DNA of 64,000 bases from Laetmonice hystrix (GCA_965235115.1 OZ249438.1:19840001-19904000), one strand, 5' to 3'; shown: positions 37,314 to 52,184, counted from the stretch's first letter. Notes: generated from the sequence alone by a model not told the origin. Numbers and translations: made by a program.

Positions 37314-39141
37314 CTGTAATAAAAAAGGCGACGATTTGAAACGATTACTTTATAATTTAAACAGCTTCTATGTGGTTCATACAGAGCGAGCCCGTTCGGC
37401 CGTGTGATGGAGTGTAAGATATTATACAGTGCCACACGATATGTCGACCGCAACCTTTAACGGGTTCAGAACACTGGCAGGGGGTAATTACAGCTTCAAA
37501 ATAACAATCCAACAGTATAGAAAGTGTATAAACTCAGTCTTCAAATATTGTGTACAAAAAATGGTTCTGAAGACAAATGGCGTACGTGACATGCGCGAAC
37601 TGCTGCATGTGAAAATGTACTCATGAAAATGACGTCAGGATGTCGGTGAATAGAGGGCACTGTATACTGACTGATTCTATATGCTTGGCTAGCGTCCATA
37701 GAAAAAAGTAAAATCCTCTGTGCTATAGTACAGGATGACGTAACACGATGAAGACAAACGCAAAGATAGGTGCAGGTTGGGTGGTAGGAAGGGGGGGGGG
37801 GGGTCATGTCAAAAACTTACTTGTAGAGGTTTTGGAGGCTTCTGGTCTCAACAACGTTTGATTTAACAGAGAAAGGAGAAAACGCAATGAAGCAGCAACT
37901 TCTCTTGTCAATTACAACAAAACCGCACATCAATGCCACTTACAGAAGTCGTATGTGGCTGAAAACAGACATCACTTTCCAACTGACTGCGTTATTTCGT
38001 TTTCTGATTAAATCCCCACCCCTCCCTCTGCCAACATTTCACGTACTTCATTTTTCCATCAGCGCAAAAAGAACTTTTGCTTTGTTGCAAGTCCCCTGTG
38101 TTGTCAATCTGGGATTGCGCTGTCCGTGGCTAATCGAGAAAACAGTTCATCTGTGTATGGACTGTTATATGATGATATTACTTTGCTTTTCAATTATCTC
38201 ACCACTCTGCTAATTACATTTTCATGTGCGGTAGATTTAATTTCATAAAGCCGGACATGTGCAGCATCGAGTGGAGTGATGCCTGGGGACTAGCGACGGT
38301 AGTGCGTGTGTGTGGTGCTTGGAGAGGGGTGCCGCATCTTGAGGCCGCCCCACCCATCCCCCGGCCCCCGGCCCCCGAGTCAACCCTCTCCGCTGGCAGC
38401 TCGCAGTGAGCCCCTCCCTCCCCTGGACCACCAAACGATCCAACCCCGCCCTGTTTAATACCCGGCAAACCGTCTCATAATGCTCACACCGCCCACCAAC
38501 ACATTCATCAACAATTAATACTTCACGCTCGGTTTGTCTCACAGTGACCCGAGCTGACCCCAGCAGGCTGGCCACATGGCACGGCAGTGGGCTCAGACAA
38601 TGTTCGCAATGGTGGCGAGGTGGCGCACACAATGGCGGGCGGTAACGGACATAAAGCCCCGAGTCGGCACTAATTATGGGACTGTATGATAACAAGCTTG
38701 ATCAGGCTGATATCACACGGTCCTGACAGCCAGCCGGTCGGCGTGTTATCGGTCTCAGTGTTAACACCCCCCACACCCACAGAAACACCCCACGCTACTG
38801 CCCACCATTTATCAATAACCTAGCCAAGATAACGGTACAGAACATACGACCTCCCGGTCCATAAATTATACTCAGATGTCTCCTCACGGAGGAAAAAAGG
38901 GAACAGGTCCACTTAGAAGGTTTCTGACACGGATCATCATTATGTCAGTTTGGACCATGGACACATCTGTTATATATGGTGCCACGTCATGCTCTGGTCG
39001 CTGGTATATATGGTGGATTATATACCAGTACTCTCCCATACCATCCTGCTCATTCATTTCATATCAAACTTAAATCCTATATATCATGCTCACGTAGATG
39101 ACTCAGTAAAATCCTTCTAATGTATGTCTCTTTGCCCTTTT

Positions 39142-40148
39142 TTATATAATGTTCCATTTTCCCTCTTTTTTTTTGTATTTTTGTATAACCAGAACTGCAT
39201 GATGCCAATCATGTCCGATGTTTTCTGATTTCTTCTCTCTGCCAACGACAAGATCAAACAATACATCAAGGAGAGGATCCAGACAATTTTCATCAGAATT
39301 GTCACTGGAGCGAAACGAACGAGAACATTCTTTGAAAGAATATATAGTGAGCAAAATAAGTATCTCTTACGTGTTATTACTTTCCTACATGGGGAAATCA
39401 AATATGTTCCAATGTGCAAGTTTCAACCAAAATGCTCCAAAACGAATCACCCCTTTTTTCCTTTGGTAGATGTGGGGGCTCTCGCTTTGCACTTTGGCAA
39501 ACACGCTAAAATAAATATATATTTTTATGCAGTCACGATCCTCATACATATTCTGTATTTCTGACAATAGGCTCTCAGTGAATTCCACCAGGTTTGTGGA
39601 CATATTTCAATGTTGATCAAACATTCTGTGCTGATATTTACCGTGCAGTGTGGACACATGCTCTTTGGTCTCTGTCTGACAGGGTTTTCCATATGACATA
39701 CATTTTTCCTTGCACTAACAAAATGTACCTGTGACATTAGATGCTCTTGTTTTCAACGGTTTTCTCTAAGTCTGTCCTATTTTCTTTGTATGGGAACAGA
39801 TTTGTCAGCTGACACTACATTTCAAAAAGTTGTTTTCAGGAATCATTACCTATACATGTATACTCAAGCTTCACCATAAAACCTTACAAAACGGGAAAGA
39901 TTCGACATACCACTTTTTAAATTCATTTCCTGCTGCAGACACAACAATTCCATGAACCCTTCATGGTTGATATGCTTCTTTTCTAAATAGTTTGCCAAGT
40001 TCTGTTTGACAAAAAGTACATTTCTATTCCCTCTTTTGTAGTGTCCCCATTTGGATTTAATTTGTCGTGCATGGAGTTTTGAAATATGAAATTTCATAAT
40101 TTTCCAGGATCCGCCAAACCTGCTAAAGGACTTTTCTGGACTTGTCAT
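39142..40148 (-). pseudogene. Possible decayed ORF fossil
   Basis: Track ORFs 39603-39385 and 39354-39142 share a frame, separated by two stops. Further protein-like sequence lies at 40148-39864. No family was recognised. Confidence 0.2.
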
Positions 40149-40169
40149 GTGACGTATCTCAGCCGGCTA

Positions 40170-40657
40170 GGTCGGTGACGTGTCCCTGCCAGGCCGGTGA
40201 CGTGTCCCTGCCAGGCCGATGACGTGTCCCTGCCAGGCCGGTGACGTGTCCCTGCCAGATCGGTGACGTGTCTCTGCCAGGCCCGTGACGTGTCTCTGCC
40301 AGGCCGGCGACGTGTCCCTGCCAGGCCGGTGACGTGTCCCTGCCAGGCCGGTGACGTGTCCCTGCCAGGTTGGTGACGTGTCCCTGCCAGGCCGGTGACG
40401 TGTCCCTGCCAGGTCGGCGACGTGTCCCTGCCAGGTCGGCGACGTGTCCCTGCCAGGCCGGCGACGTGTCCCTGCCAGGCCGGCGACGTGTCCCTGCCAG
40501 GCCGGTGACGTGTCCCTGCCAGGCCGGTGACGTGTCCCGGCCAGGCCGGTGACGTGTCCCTGCCAGGCCGGCAACGTGTCTCGGCCAGGCCGGTGACGTG
40601 TCCCTGCCAGGCCGGTGACGTGTCCCTGCCAGGCCGGTGACGTGTCTCTGCCAGGCC
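40170..40657. repeat. Tandem minisatellite, 22-bp unit, ~22 copies
   Basis: Unit GGTGACGTGTCCCTGCCAGGCC. Confidence 0.97.
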
Positions 40658-41252
40658 TGTGATGTTTCCCAGCCAACCAGGCCGGTAACGTCTCTCCCAC
40701 ACGCCCCCGGTAAGCAGGCCGTTGATCTTACGGTGGCGGCTGACAATTTTGAGTTGGCCGAGCTGGAGGCGGCCGCCTGGACTCTGCTATCAGTCTGGGC
40801 TGGCTGTCAGGCCGGCAGCGCCTGCTGGCGCCCCCAGATCCATCTCGGACCTCGTTAATCTTCTCACCATGACAGCCAATATTGGCCGCTGTTGAGCAAT
40901 TGTGTAAAACAATTCCCATTAGGCCTGCCGTCTGCCAGCAGTTACTGTGGCTCTGCATTTAGATGGACACTGGACCCGGCCGAGTGTTGGAGCGCCATCA
41001 GCGTCCGTCCGTCTATTCAAGCGTCCGTACGGTGGTCAGTCCACCCTACGAACAGTCAGAGAAAGCGGGGTTCACTGCCGCCAGACAGCTTGCCGCTGGC
41101 TCTCATTGACTAAAATTTTCAATAAAAATATGGAATTTTAAAAACGTGAAATAACGAAAAGTGGTAAGTTTAATGAAGACTGACGTAAAACCATGCAACG
41201 GGTCAGTCTGTCGGGTACTCTGGCTCACATCGGACCAAAACCTCCACTTACT

Positions 41253-41366
41253 CGGTAACGCGGGGGGTCACCTATAACTTGACTCGGTAACGCGGGGGTC
41301 ACCTAACTTTACGCGGTAACGCGGGGGTCACCTAACTTTACGCGGTAACGCGGGGGTCACCTAACT
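41253..41366. repeat. 29-bp tandem repeat, 4 copies
   Basis: CGGTAACGCGGGGGTCACCTAACTTTACG with small variants. Confidence 0.92.
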
Positions 41367-44300
41367 ATAGATAGTGCCAAAATCTAGTGAGAGGGAGATT
41401 TCCTGTTGTCAAAAGATTACGATACACATTCTGTTATCTAATAAAATATCACAGGTACCCGGAGGTGGTGTTCCAAGGCCTCGAGCGTTATATATCTGGT
41501 ATGCCCTTATCCTACATATCCTTGGAAGTTTTCAAAAAAAAAAGAAAAAAAAAAGGGGGAAATCCGCAGTATCAACGAGCTCACGCATGCAACAAAGGTT
41601 ATCTTAATTGAACCCATTTACAGTAATTTAGCTCTAATCACTTTTGCTGAAGTTAACAGGGAGTAGTATTAGCATCTCATCTGGTCTGATTACGGTCATT
41701 TTGCTCTCAAAAATCACAAACCTTCCCTTTAATTGAGGGGGAAAAGAAGTGCATATTAGATCAATCTCCTCTGTCTATACACTCAAGCTGTGTTTTCCTT
41801 GCAGTGACAATGTTTGGGTGTTATTCCCGTCACACTTGAGACGAAGGACACTGGCACCTTGGGCACACAGAGGAGTACTCGTGTGTTTGAGCGGTTTCAT
41901 TGATCTGGTCATTGGCCTGTATCAGTGGACCGACCAGCCGGCCGGCCAGTCTGCCTGCCCGCCCGCCCGCCTGCTTGCCGTCAGCCTCCGGCCTCCTACC
42001 CTCAGACCGCTCGGCCACATTCAGCCGGCTACCCGTTCCTCCAGGCGACCGTTCACCAACCAAAGCGTCGTTTAGCTCAACTCCCAACATTTACAAAGAG
42101 CCAGAGCTCTTCCTCTGGCTGTGTAGAGGGAACCGTGCCGCCAGCCTCCGTCACACGGCACAAATCTGCACGTGGGTGTTGACCAATCACGTCTGTCTAT
42201 ATGTGCGCCTTGTGCCGTGTTCTTGTGCCAGTGTTTGAAGCTGCGAGCGTTGGCTGCAGCGCTTGTTTTCTTTCACCACTGCCCATATTGACATCAATTG
42301 TGTGAGTGTATAGACAGTATGCAGCCACAATTGGCCTGATGGTTTGAACACCCTGTAATGAGCAGACAAATCGTTTTCACTGTTTAGTTGGAGTACTGGA
42401 AGCTGAGTCTTTTTTTTTCTCTCCCTGTTCGTTTGTTTGTTTGACTCGGCATTGCCTTAAATTCCACCAACCATTACTCCTGGGTAAAAACCTAATGCTA
42501 AACACGAACATGGAAATCTATGGTGAGAGCGCATGGGTCATATATCCTATATTACAGAGTCTAATATCATGTACACGGCATAAAACAATACCAAAAGATC
42601 CAACATCAAATATAACACTAAACCTCACCATATATACAAGCCAACCTTCTTTAATGCTGGTGCCAAGCACATGTCACGTCATATTTCATTACATGTCGGA
42701 CCCGTGCCTTCAAACTAATATTTTTCTCTCTGCTTGCCTCCAGGCGCCAGTGAACATTTTGTTGAAGGAAGTGAACATAATCTGGACATTACTGGTGGAG
42801 ATTGACTGACAGGGTGACTGTGGTATAGCGACAGCCGGGAGGTTACAACAAGCAGGCTGTATGCATTCCCCAATTTATCCAGATTCCTGTCCTAATCCTT
42901 GCTGGAGCCTTGGCCATGGTGTACTGGGGCCAAGTGTGGGGCCAGCACGATGGCGCTCAGTCGGATCAAGATCATCTGTAACATTGATTGCCTTCCATAG
43001 GCAATGTGCCCACTGCATGTTGTTTCCATGGTTATCGGATGTATCGCAACAGGCCCGGCCCAAACGGTCCGGCGTTTGTGTTGCCGGTGGCAATAGAGGA
43101 AAGCAGAAACTGGTGCAATCGGCATCAATTAACCGTAATCGATGGATGCAATATGGCGGCGGGCGTGCCGAACAGGTGCACAGCGTGGCCACGGTCAGAC
43201 CAGGGCCGACATGCTGCATGCGGCAGCACACTCCAATCGCAAAATATGCGCAAAAACCCCTACTCATGGAGCGCATCTGGAAGTCATCAGCAGATACTGC
43301 TCCTACAATATCCTAATGAAAAGTCATGAAACTAATTCTCTATCTGTCGCGCTCATTATAATTGATGACCTTTTCTTTACGACGTTCTGCACGGTAAACC
43401 ATGCAAATTTATCAATCAAATGGCAAATAAGATTTGTTGGGAGGCCAGCGTGTCTGTGTGTTGTCGCCTCAATTAAGACGTTAAGAATAATAACAGAAGC
43501 ACACCAACGTAACACGTACACGTTCATCTGACATAGTCATGCTCACTCAGCTACTTCACTCAATTTGTTTTCACTTCATTTCAAATAAATTACACAATAA
43601 ATACTTTAACTATTTGTTTCTTTGCAATGCCTTTAAATAGTTTAAGGATTCCCCCGTAAAACGGTATTTTCTTGTCAGTGAACGACAAAATTAAATATTT
43701 ATCTGCATACGTTCACAACCATGAAGAAACAATAATGACCACGTTATTTTTTGTCAACAATGATTGTACTCGAGTGTCACACGTGCTTGTCTCTGACTTA
43801 TAAACGTTCTTGACACCCTTCGAGATGGATACCTGGGTAAATTTGTCAGTGAAAACAGTCTTCGGCCACTGTAAATTTACAGTGCAAAATAAAGTCTGCT
43901 TTCACAGCAAACCGCCTAGAAAAACATCATCGGAATTCAATGCAAATTTACCAAGCGAAAATATAAACATGGCGTTCATGTAAATTTGCCATGCAATAAT
44001 ATCAACAACCGAGTGATGTAAATTTGCCATGTTAAAATATGACCAGAATTCAATGCAAATTTGCTGAGCGGTGAATCGCTATATATGATATCTGTATCAA
44101 GCCAACTCGGGACGGGAGCTGGTCTGTGTTAACACGACTGTTCTCTGTTTGACCACCACACACGAACAAACTCAAGTCTGGCTCTGATGTTTAAAACGGA
44201 CCAAGAGCTCAATTTTCTTAGTCGCTCTAAACCAGCGGCAACTCAATAAAGTCTACGCAGCAAACAGTGAATGTAGACTCAAAGATGACATTATAGCTGC

Positions 44301-47300
44301 CATGTATTTGACGCAAACAAGACGATTCATATATGTACTGAGGAGTCTGTGGTCTGAGCAAAGCTTTATGTAGGTACATAAACTTGGAAATTTCTATTAA
44401 AAAAAGAAGAAATAAGAAAAAAACCCTGTTACTATATATATAGTTGTTTAGCACCACAGACAGAGATACACTGCAACAATAGGATGTTGCATGGACATTT
44501 CCTCATGATATTATTATCAATACCGTGAGCTGAAGCAAGATTCTTTTGTTACATTTCATTTGGTCAATGATATTACTGAAATTTTACCATCATATGCAAA
44601 GTCAGTCTCCAATATCATAACACCTTTATGTGAAGTGTCCGTATTTCTGGACTTTCCATGGCTATAAGAACCTTACCTCGGATGAACATTGCTTTGCCGC
44701 TCCCTATATTCCTATAAAATCTAACACGTCACAGTGACCACACATGCACGGGAAGTTAATCTGGGATTATCTCCTGAGTTTGATGCTATAGAGGAAGTGC
44801 ATTGCCACGTTCTCCTACCTTTCCACCCTAAGATGACAAATCTACGTTATGAGTTATGGAAATGGTAGAAAAGACTTAAAACATGCATTTGCATGGGAGG
44901 GGAAGGAGAACTGGGTATTTCCCCTCCCTCACATAATCACAAGTGAAAGTTCTTTCTCCACGTTCGACGAACACAAAGCCCACGCCCATTCTTGCAATTA
45001 TATGGCAAAACGTCGAAGTTGAATGTCGGTCCGAATGATTTCATCACATGTACTCTATGAGGGGGAGAAATTACATTACGTATGCATTGACAGCAGCGCT
45101 TGTCGCAGAATGGCGATATTCCCCTTGTAATTTGTCCGCCGGCAAGAATATGCTCTCCTAAGTTGATTAGGTGTTTCGGGATGCATTCGCTGGAGGGCAG
45201 ACACGTCTGCTGAAATGTATTAACTGAATGGTTGGCGTAAACTGTTATTGTGCTGAAAACCCTACACTGAATAGTCTTTGAATGCCACGCGCAGCCAGAA
45301 GAAGTCGGTAATATACTTGGCGCGGCGAGAATGCTTCATATTGAGAACCTCTTTTACAGACAGAGAAGACAAGATATTTTTCCCCGTCGCCAAGGCTGAC
45401 ACATCGAACAGTTCGGCGTTCCCTTTGAAAGGATTTCTTCAATACAAAGCGGCTGCTTGTACTTTTGTTCTCGTCACATTAAGACCCTTCAGGGTGGAAT
45501 ATTTTTGTATTTTGTCCGCATCCCATGCAGGTGCTGCGTTCAGACTGGCAGGTAACTTAATTACGAACGCTGTTCTTGCCATGAACAGTGACAGTAAACA
45601 GTAATCAACCAATACGACTGTAAAAGTACTGCTTTAATTGCAAAGTAGATTGGAGCTCTTTTGAATCCTTAACGCAGAGCAAACATCCAAAAAGAAGGTC
45701 TCAAGTTAATTCAATCCAGGCTGACACCGACACGGCTGAGATAATTAAAATGAATAAGCTTTCAATGCAGGTTCGCTCATGTATACAGCACGCGGTCCTA
45801 ACGTTTCTTTGCTCCGAGGGCAGGAATCACTAGCAGTCTGTTACAGGTGTTACAGAACAAGAACTTCCCTAACTGCGCGCACAAAGCTAAGATAATGAAA
45901 TAACTGCTTTCAACACTTTTACTAATGAGCGCTAATCAGTACACTGGACAGGTTGGTGGTGAAATGGCGCGTTACACTTAGCGGTCGGTTGGTGGTATAC
46001 GCTAACGGCACCTAACACTTGTGTTCTGTTGTCTGCTCCACAAACACCAACACATACCATGAACTGATTAAACGACCCAAACACAAACATCAAATTGTGC
46101 GCGCACTTTGTACTCATTATCAACCACACTCTGACGTAACAAAAACAGTTGCTAGGGACAACAGTTCGCAGAGGTGGATTGGCAGGCAATCTTTGTTGTC
46201 AAGCAGGAAGTTTGTAGTTTAGCAGGACGGGGTGGGAGTAGCTATGGAAACTGAACAAGGTTTGGGGTTTCGTGGCGGGTGTGACGTGGACAATGGCGGG
46301 CCGACTTGCCGGAGCTGGCAGCAGGAGCCCAGCCCTTGGAGCCGGCTTCATTTCCCATCCAGTTTATGGCGACTGTTTGCTCAGGGTTTGCCGAGCGTCC
46401 CCTATCAGTCGTTGGCCTGGGTCTGGGGCAGGGCGATCCAGGTGTGTGCAAATACAGGTGATTGGGGGCAGCCCTCCCCCCAGCCCACTCCCTCCGCTAC
46501 CTAGGAGACCCTCCACCGACATAGACATTCTCCCCTCAGACGTATAGCCCTGACCCTTTGTCTGCCTCCCTGGCCCTCCTCTACTAACCCAAACCACACA
46601 AGGTAAATCCAGGCCGTCATTCTCTTGGTTAGTAGGCCGAGATGGGATGGCCAGCTTAGCCCCGCCGCTCCCGATAAGTCAAGCCTTCTCACCTTCATCC
46701 AACATTCCCTCCAACTACACGGCCGGACCTGTCCCAGAATGCATTCTCAGTACCGTCGTCGGCCCGTAAGCAAATCCTCGCAAGCCTCGAGCGACGTGCC
46801 CCGGCACGGACCTTTCTCTGCCTCAGTCCCTTCGCTCTCTCGGGGGGATGGCTGGGATTTCCAAGGCTGCACTTGATGACACTTCCACACCAGCTATACA
46901 TTATGTATACGTATATGTCCCCGAATTGATGAAGCCGGACAGCCATGGCCCGGTGGCTGATGACCACTGCGGACCGCACCCACAGACCTCCGTCTGCCCA
47001 GTGCTCCTTGGCCACTGTCCCATTCCCCCATCCCGATTCCTGTTCTTATACTAACTGCATCCTATCTTTATCTGAGACCAATATTTTGTGAGCGCTTGCG
47101 ATGAGTTTGTGCAGCTGGACCTGACCATGGTGGCCAGAGTTGGCTGTTGCCTGAGCACATTTGTCTAGCAGCCTGAGCACACCTCCCTGCTGCCAGTGAT
47201 AAGTCTAATATCGGAACACAAATATTTTCTGTTCGTCCAACGATGTTGTGCGAGGACACACAAGCCCAACGCCCCGACACTGCAGCGGTCGCTGTCACAA

Positions 47301-50300
47301 CCATCCACGGAAACATTATGCCATCCTATTCTCAAGTCATTACACAACAAATAATCAAAGTGAACCTCGATAAAAATACACAAATTAATCTTCTTTTACT
47401 TTTTCTTATATTCAATTTGAACAAACCCCGAATCCCCTTTCATGGATTTGATGGACCAAATGTTCCAAGGGAATTTTTATTACAGAATATGAGTAAAGGG
47501 GTTAATTCAGAATAAAAACCAGGGACTGTAGCAGATTATCCCATAGACCCTCAGCCCTCCCTATATAAACGGGGCTCTCTACTATTTTGACGACCATTTC
47601 CCACGCTCGTCTTCAATATACCAATAGTATCTGTTCTCCGGACGGCGGCACACCTAATGCTACTTGTATACGGTCAATATCAGCGGGTCCTTCTCCACCA
47701 ACTTAAACGAGCTCCAAATCTACCAACATCACAGGTCTGGTCTCGAAAAGCCCCTTGACCTACTGTTTGAGATGGAAGCCTGACATGAGAGAGTGTCTAC
47801 ACAACTGGGCCAAAATGATTCTTTACTCAAACCACTCGGAGCGCTGTCAGGGAACAACTCGACTGGCGGATGAAAAATGACTTTGCTCACTCCACCATTT
47901 CTCCATTCTGTGTCTGGTCTCCTTGCGCTAACCTTCTGTTGGCAAGTCGGTAAAAAGCACTGCGATGCTTACACAACTTCTGAGAGTGTTGACCAATGTA
48001 TTAGAGGGTGAGATGGGGCGGCTGACAGCCACTAGGCCCCAACACCACGCCACTTCTCCAGGCTAACTCTCACCACCTCCAGGACGGCACCCTCCCGAGT
48101 CTCGCCTGATTCATTACGTGGAGGACGTCATGACAACTCGGACAACCTCGACTCGCCTCCATCAGTGCCGCATTCACACCTATACCACCACCAGCAGGCA
48201 ATCACACACAACTCATTCTGTTGTTTAAAAGAATTGGATATAAAATACACTGTATTTGGAAGGCCCCTTAACTTGATTCATGCCTCACATATACTGCTAC
48301 TTACATACACACAACCTTCCTATTATCAGACAAAACTTGACCACACAGGTTGTACTATAGTTCGATCGTTTGTTTTATATTATTATATGAAATGAAAATA
48401 CACGTATGCAATATCACATTAAACAATACACAACTGCATGTACTTTTTGTTTGTAAATCTGGAGCTTTTCGTTCCACATTTACTGATTCAGTTGAAGAAT
48501 TACTCTTAAAATAACTAGCTACTCCGTGGTTAATTGGTTGGAAAGTTAAATCCATCTAAACTTAAGCAATCAAACCTAGAGAGTGAATTTGCTGTTTGAC
48601 CTTGTTCTGCTGACATTATGTCATCAGTACAACTGTTAGCACACACGGCGGCGTCTACCAATATTTACAGGCCACAACTCGGTAAAGCTTTCCCCTACAA
48701 CTCTATACCGCAGCCAGTTTCTCAAACCTTCTGGCAATATCAGCAACAGAAACTACGGATTGCTAAATGATTTTGTTGGTTACTCCTGGAAGCCGGGAGA
48801 ACGGAGCCCATGTTAGGCTACAGAGGGCAACTTTGGCGATTTGAAGGAAGTTTCAATTCACGCCCAATTTAGACTTTAAATATTGTTATTCACTAATACG
48901 TTGAAACAACGATTTGAACAGGTTGGCTACGCGAAAATCGATTGGAGTTACCCTAAAATTCCAAAAATATGACACTGAACAGAAACGCACAAACATGGAT
49001 TTGTAGAAATCTACACATGTGAAGTTATTACAAGTTTATACAATATCTACTATGAAGACAATGGCAATGAAGAATTTTTGTTACTGCGTTAATATAATCA
49101 TAATAATATATGCGGGCCGGCAATAATTGGCCTCCATGATGGAATGATTCGGCTCTACCTCTGACTATGAGTGGCTGTAAGGATCATATTAAAGGATTTA
49201 TAACCCTAATCTGGTCCTGGCGTCAATCCAATAACCCCTCTGGATCCTGAACATGGCAGTCGGCATCCCCTACCATCCCGCTACGCTACCTGACATTGAT
49301 ACCACTATCTGCTCGTTATATGCACCCCGTCCCCCCGGGCGGGAGCGGTCCCAGCAGCCGACAACCCAGGCAGTGTGCAGTCTCCAGCCTTGACATAACG
49401 GCCCTGCCACATTCAATATTCCTCTGAGCACCCTCGCTGCAAAGATATGATTTAGACTCGGAGCCTGGGTGCGAGTTCTTAATTGAAACGAGCTCTTGAG
49501 TCCCGGAGTTATTAGTTTGCGCAGCCCTTCACTGTTTATCTGCGCCTCACGCGCCAGATTGGTGCATGCGCTCGCTGCACGGCTCCTTTTGTTGCTGCAG
49601 CCAGTCACCATCAGCCAGTAATGCAACAACCTCATCTTTTCCCAGCACAATGCGACCGGGCCTTCACTTTGAGTCGTGTTTTCCTGCTCTGCCCGCCCCA
49701 TGTTTGGATATGGCAGTAACAACATTTCATTCTCCTATTTTGCCAGTTGTGAGGTTTTTGTTACTCTCGAGGTGCTGGGGGTCTCGGCATTAACACCTTC
49801 AGTCATTAACCCATATCATCGACGGATTGGAATTAATAACAAAATATTATTTCAAATCAGTTTTGTATTATTCTACCAGTTTCCTGGATGGCCTACCATT
49901 TCTATGCACGATTTAAGCCTTCCAGATAAAGCAGTGCAATTGATATTCTTCACTGTTATAGTGGTTCTTCCTTACATTGAAAAGTTACCTTTACATGGGT
50001 TCAGTTGTCCCAACTGTGGATTACTTTTAAATCCTTGCCAGATATACAGCTCATTTATTATCAGAACCTCGTAGAGAATTCTGCAGATGCTGTTATAACA
50101 TTCCTTTAATGAAAAAAAGTCCACATTTCCACGTGTCAGAAAAAGGTTTGCAAAACTAAAATTCAAGTACTTTTAATGACATTTTATACACTTGTAAACA
50201 TTTATAAGCTTAAAAAAATCATGTAGAAAGCATAAGACGACGCCAAATCCTCTAGTCATGGCGTACGGCAGTGCTTTACAGCGACTTTCTATGAACTTCT

Positions 50301-51410
50301 CAAGTATTTTTGTTTCCTTTTAAACTGTATACATGCAAGTGGTGCAAGACAAGAAGCAAAGCGCGTTTTTCAAGGTTTGGAAGAGTTCGTTGTAAATTCA
50401 AAGAGTTTAACTTTCTGTTTTCTAACCTTTTCAAAGATGTAAATGTGTGATTCCTAAGTATACCAACGAATAGGATGACCTGTAGAAGAATTCCCTCACC
50501 TAACTAAAGCTCAATCCCAAAGCCCTCGGCTGAATGGAAATTCTCGCCAGGTCTATAGATGAAAGGGAGGGTGCGATGAGACAGAGGTTGGGGAGAGGGT
50601 TGTACCCCTTGGGTTGGGTCGTGGGACCATGCTGTGAGTCACCCCGTGTGAACCAACCCTGTCGTGACCAGCTATGGGCGTGTTCCTCCCAGACCCAGTG
50701 ACGCACCAACAGTCCACCCCGCGTTCAATGACCCGCCTTTTTTTATTTTCACTTTTAAAACTTTTTTTTCTTCAAAAGCCTGTGAGACGTCTTCTTCTTT
50801 CATATACGGAATCCTATAAGAAGTTGTTAGCGGCATTCAAGGAAGGACCTGTCAGCAGTACACGGACATGGTTGAGACCACACTCGAGATAGCAGCCGAG
50901 TTTCCGCTGATCTTTGGGTCGTTTGTCCTTCATTGTTTTTCAATACATACCGATGGCATTCGCTGCTTTTCCTGCTAAATCATCTGCTCGTACATGCACA
51001 GAGAAAGTTTTCGAGGCGGCACACCTTTGTTAAGTGTCAGTGAGTCAGCAGTTAGGTAATAAGTACCATAACATGCTGATTTGCCTAGCTCGGCACGCAT
51101 CTCTATGCCGGCATACTTTCTTTGTTGACATGTCGTGGGGTTCATGTAAGAGTGAGCATCAAAACGTGATGACTCCAGTTTTCGACATTGTTTAAACAAT
51201 GACCGATAGTAAACAGAATCCGCTGACAAACCTCTCTGTACCACCTCTCTTCATATATATGCTGATATATGATGGATACGATATAATGCTGAGATCCAAA
51301 ATTCTACTTTCACAACAGTCCGCAGGAAATTGTAAAAATAACGAAATATTAAAAAAACATCAACTCTACCCCGCATATAAAGAATCAAGAACTAAAGAAT
51401 CGGAGAAATC

Positions 51411-51412
<2 letters not shown>

Positions 51413-51442
<30 letters not shown>
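51413..51442. repeat. (GA)15 microsatellite
   Basis: Seen directly. Confidence 0.97.
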
Positions 51443-51452
<10 letters not shown>

Positions 51453-52184
51453 AAGACACCTAGCGGCAAGAGAAGAGAAAGTGCCCGATCTTGACATGGA
51501 CATGTTGGACCGCGGGCACACATTTCTACCGCCAGCGTCAACATGTTTAACATAGCGAAGACGTGGTTGAAAATTCTGAGTGGATCTGTGGCCTGCGATG
51601 TCTGGCTTCATCAAACACTTGTCGGCGGGCCCTAAGCTAGCCATTGGTCATCTGGTGACAGAAACACGGAGTGAACGCCGCCTGACCCGGTCAATCGGCA
51701 GTTCAATTGGTCTGGCGACTTCACATCAGCATTCCTAACTCAGTGCACCGTTATACGTGGTCGGGTCCTGGCACAGTTGGACTATTCCAATGTAATACCC
51801 TCGATGCCATACGTAAATTTACCACCTATATGACTGGCATCATCTTTTTATCAGTTTTCGTACAGATATTTTGAAAAGGGGTCAACAATAGAGGAAAAGA
51901 TAGGTCTCAGGTCTCTGCTAAAAAAATTAGCTTGAAATGTTTGCCAAGTGCAAACCGCAAGACAGCAGAATCAACGACACCTATTCCATTAAAACTCTAT
52001 TTGTTAAAAGTTTCTTTTTGTACAGTTCCATCTCGCTTTCATTTGCCTAATTGTCTAGACTTCGCACAAATCAAGCTTTCCTGCATGTGTCCCCCTGAAA
52101 CTTTCGTTCCGTGGTTAAATCCCCCCCCCCACCCGTACTGTCTGCTTGTGCCGGACCGTGCGCTGTGGTGGAGGCCGCACCGAC

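Noticed and set aside
40145-40746. 177-195 aa repetitive ORFs
   Set aside because: Translations of the 22-bp array.
46500-47320. Possible DIRS/Ngaro SGNH-like remnant (…VVGGNVG)
   Set aside because: Only a vague motif resemblance, with no recombinase or RT motifs nearby.
47640-48100. Possible LINE endonuclease remnant on +
   Set aside because: Similarity is too weak, with frequent stops and no diagnostic motifs.
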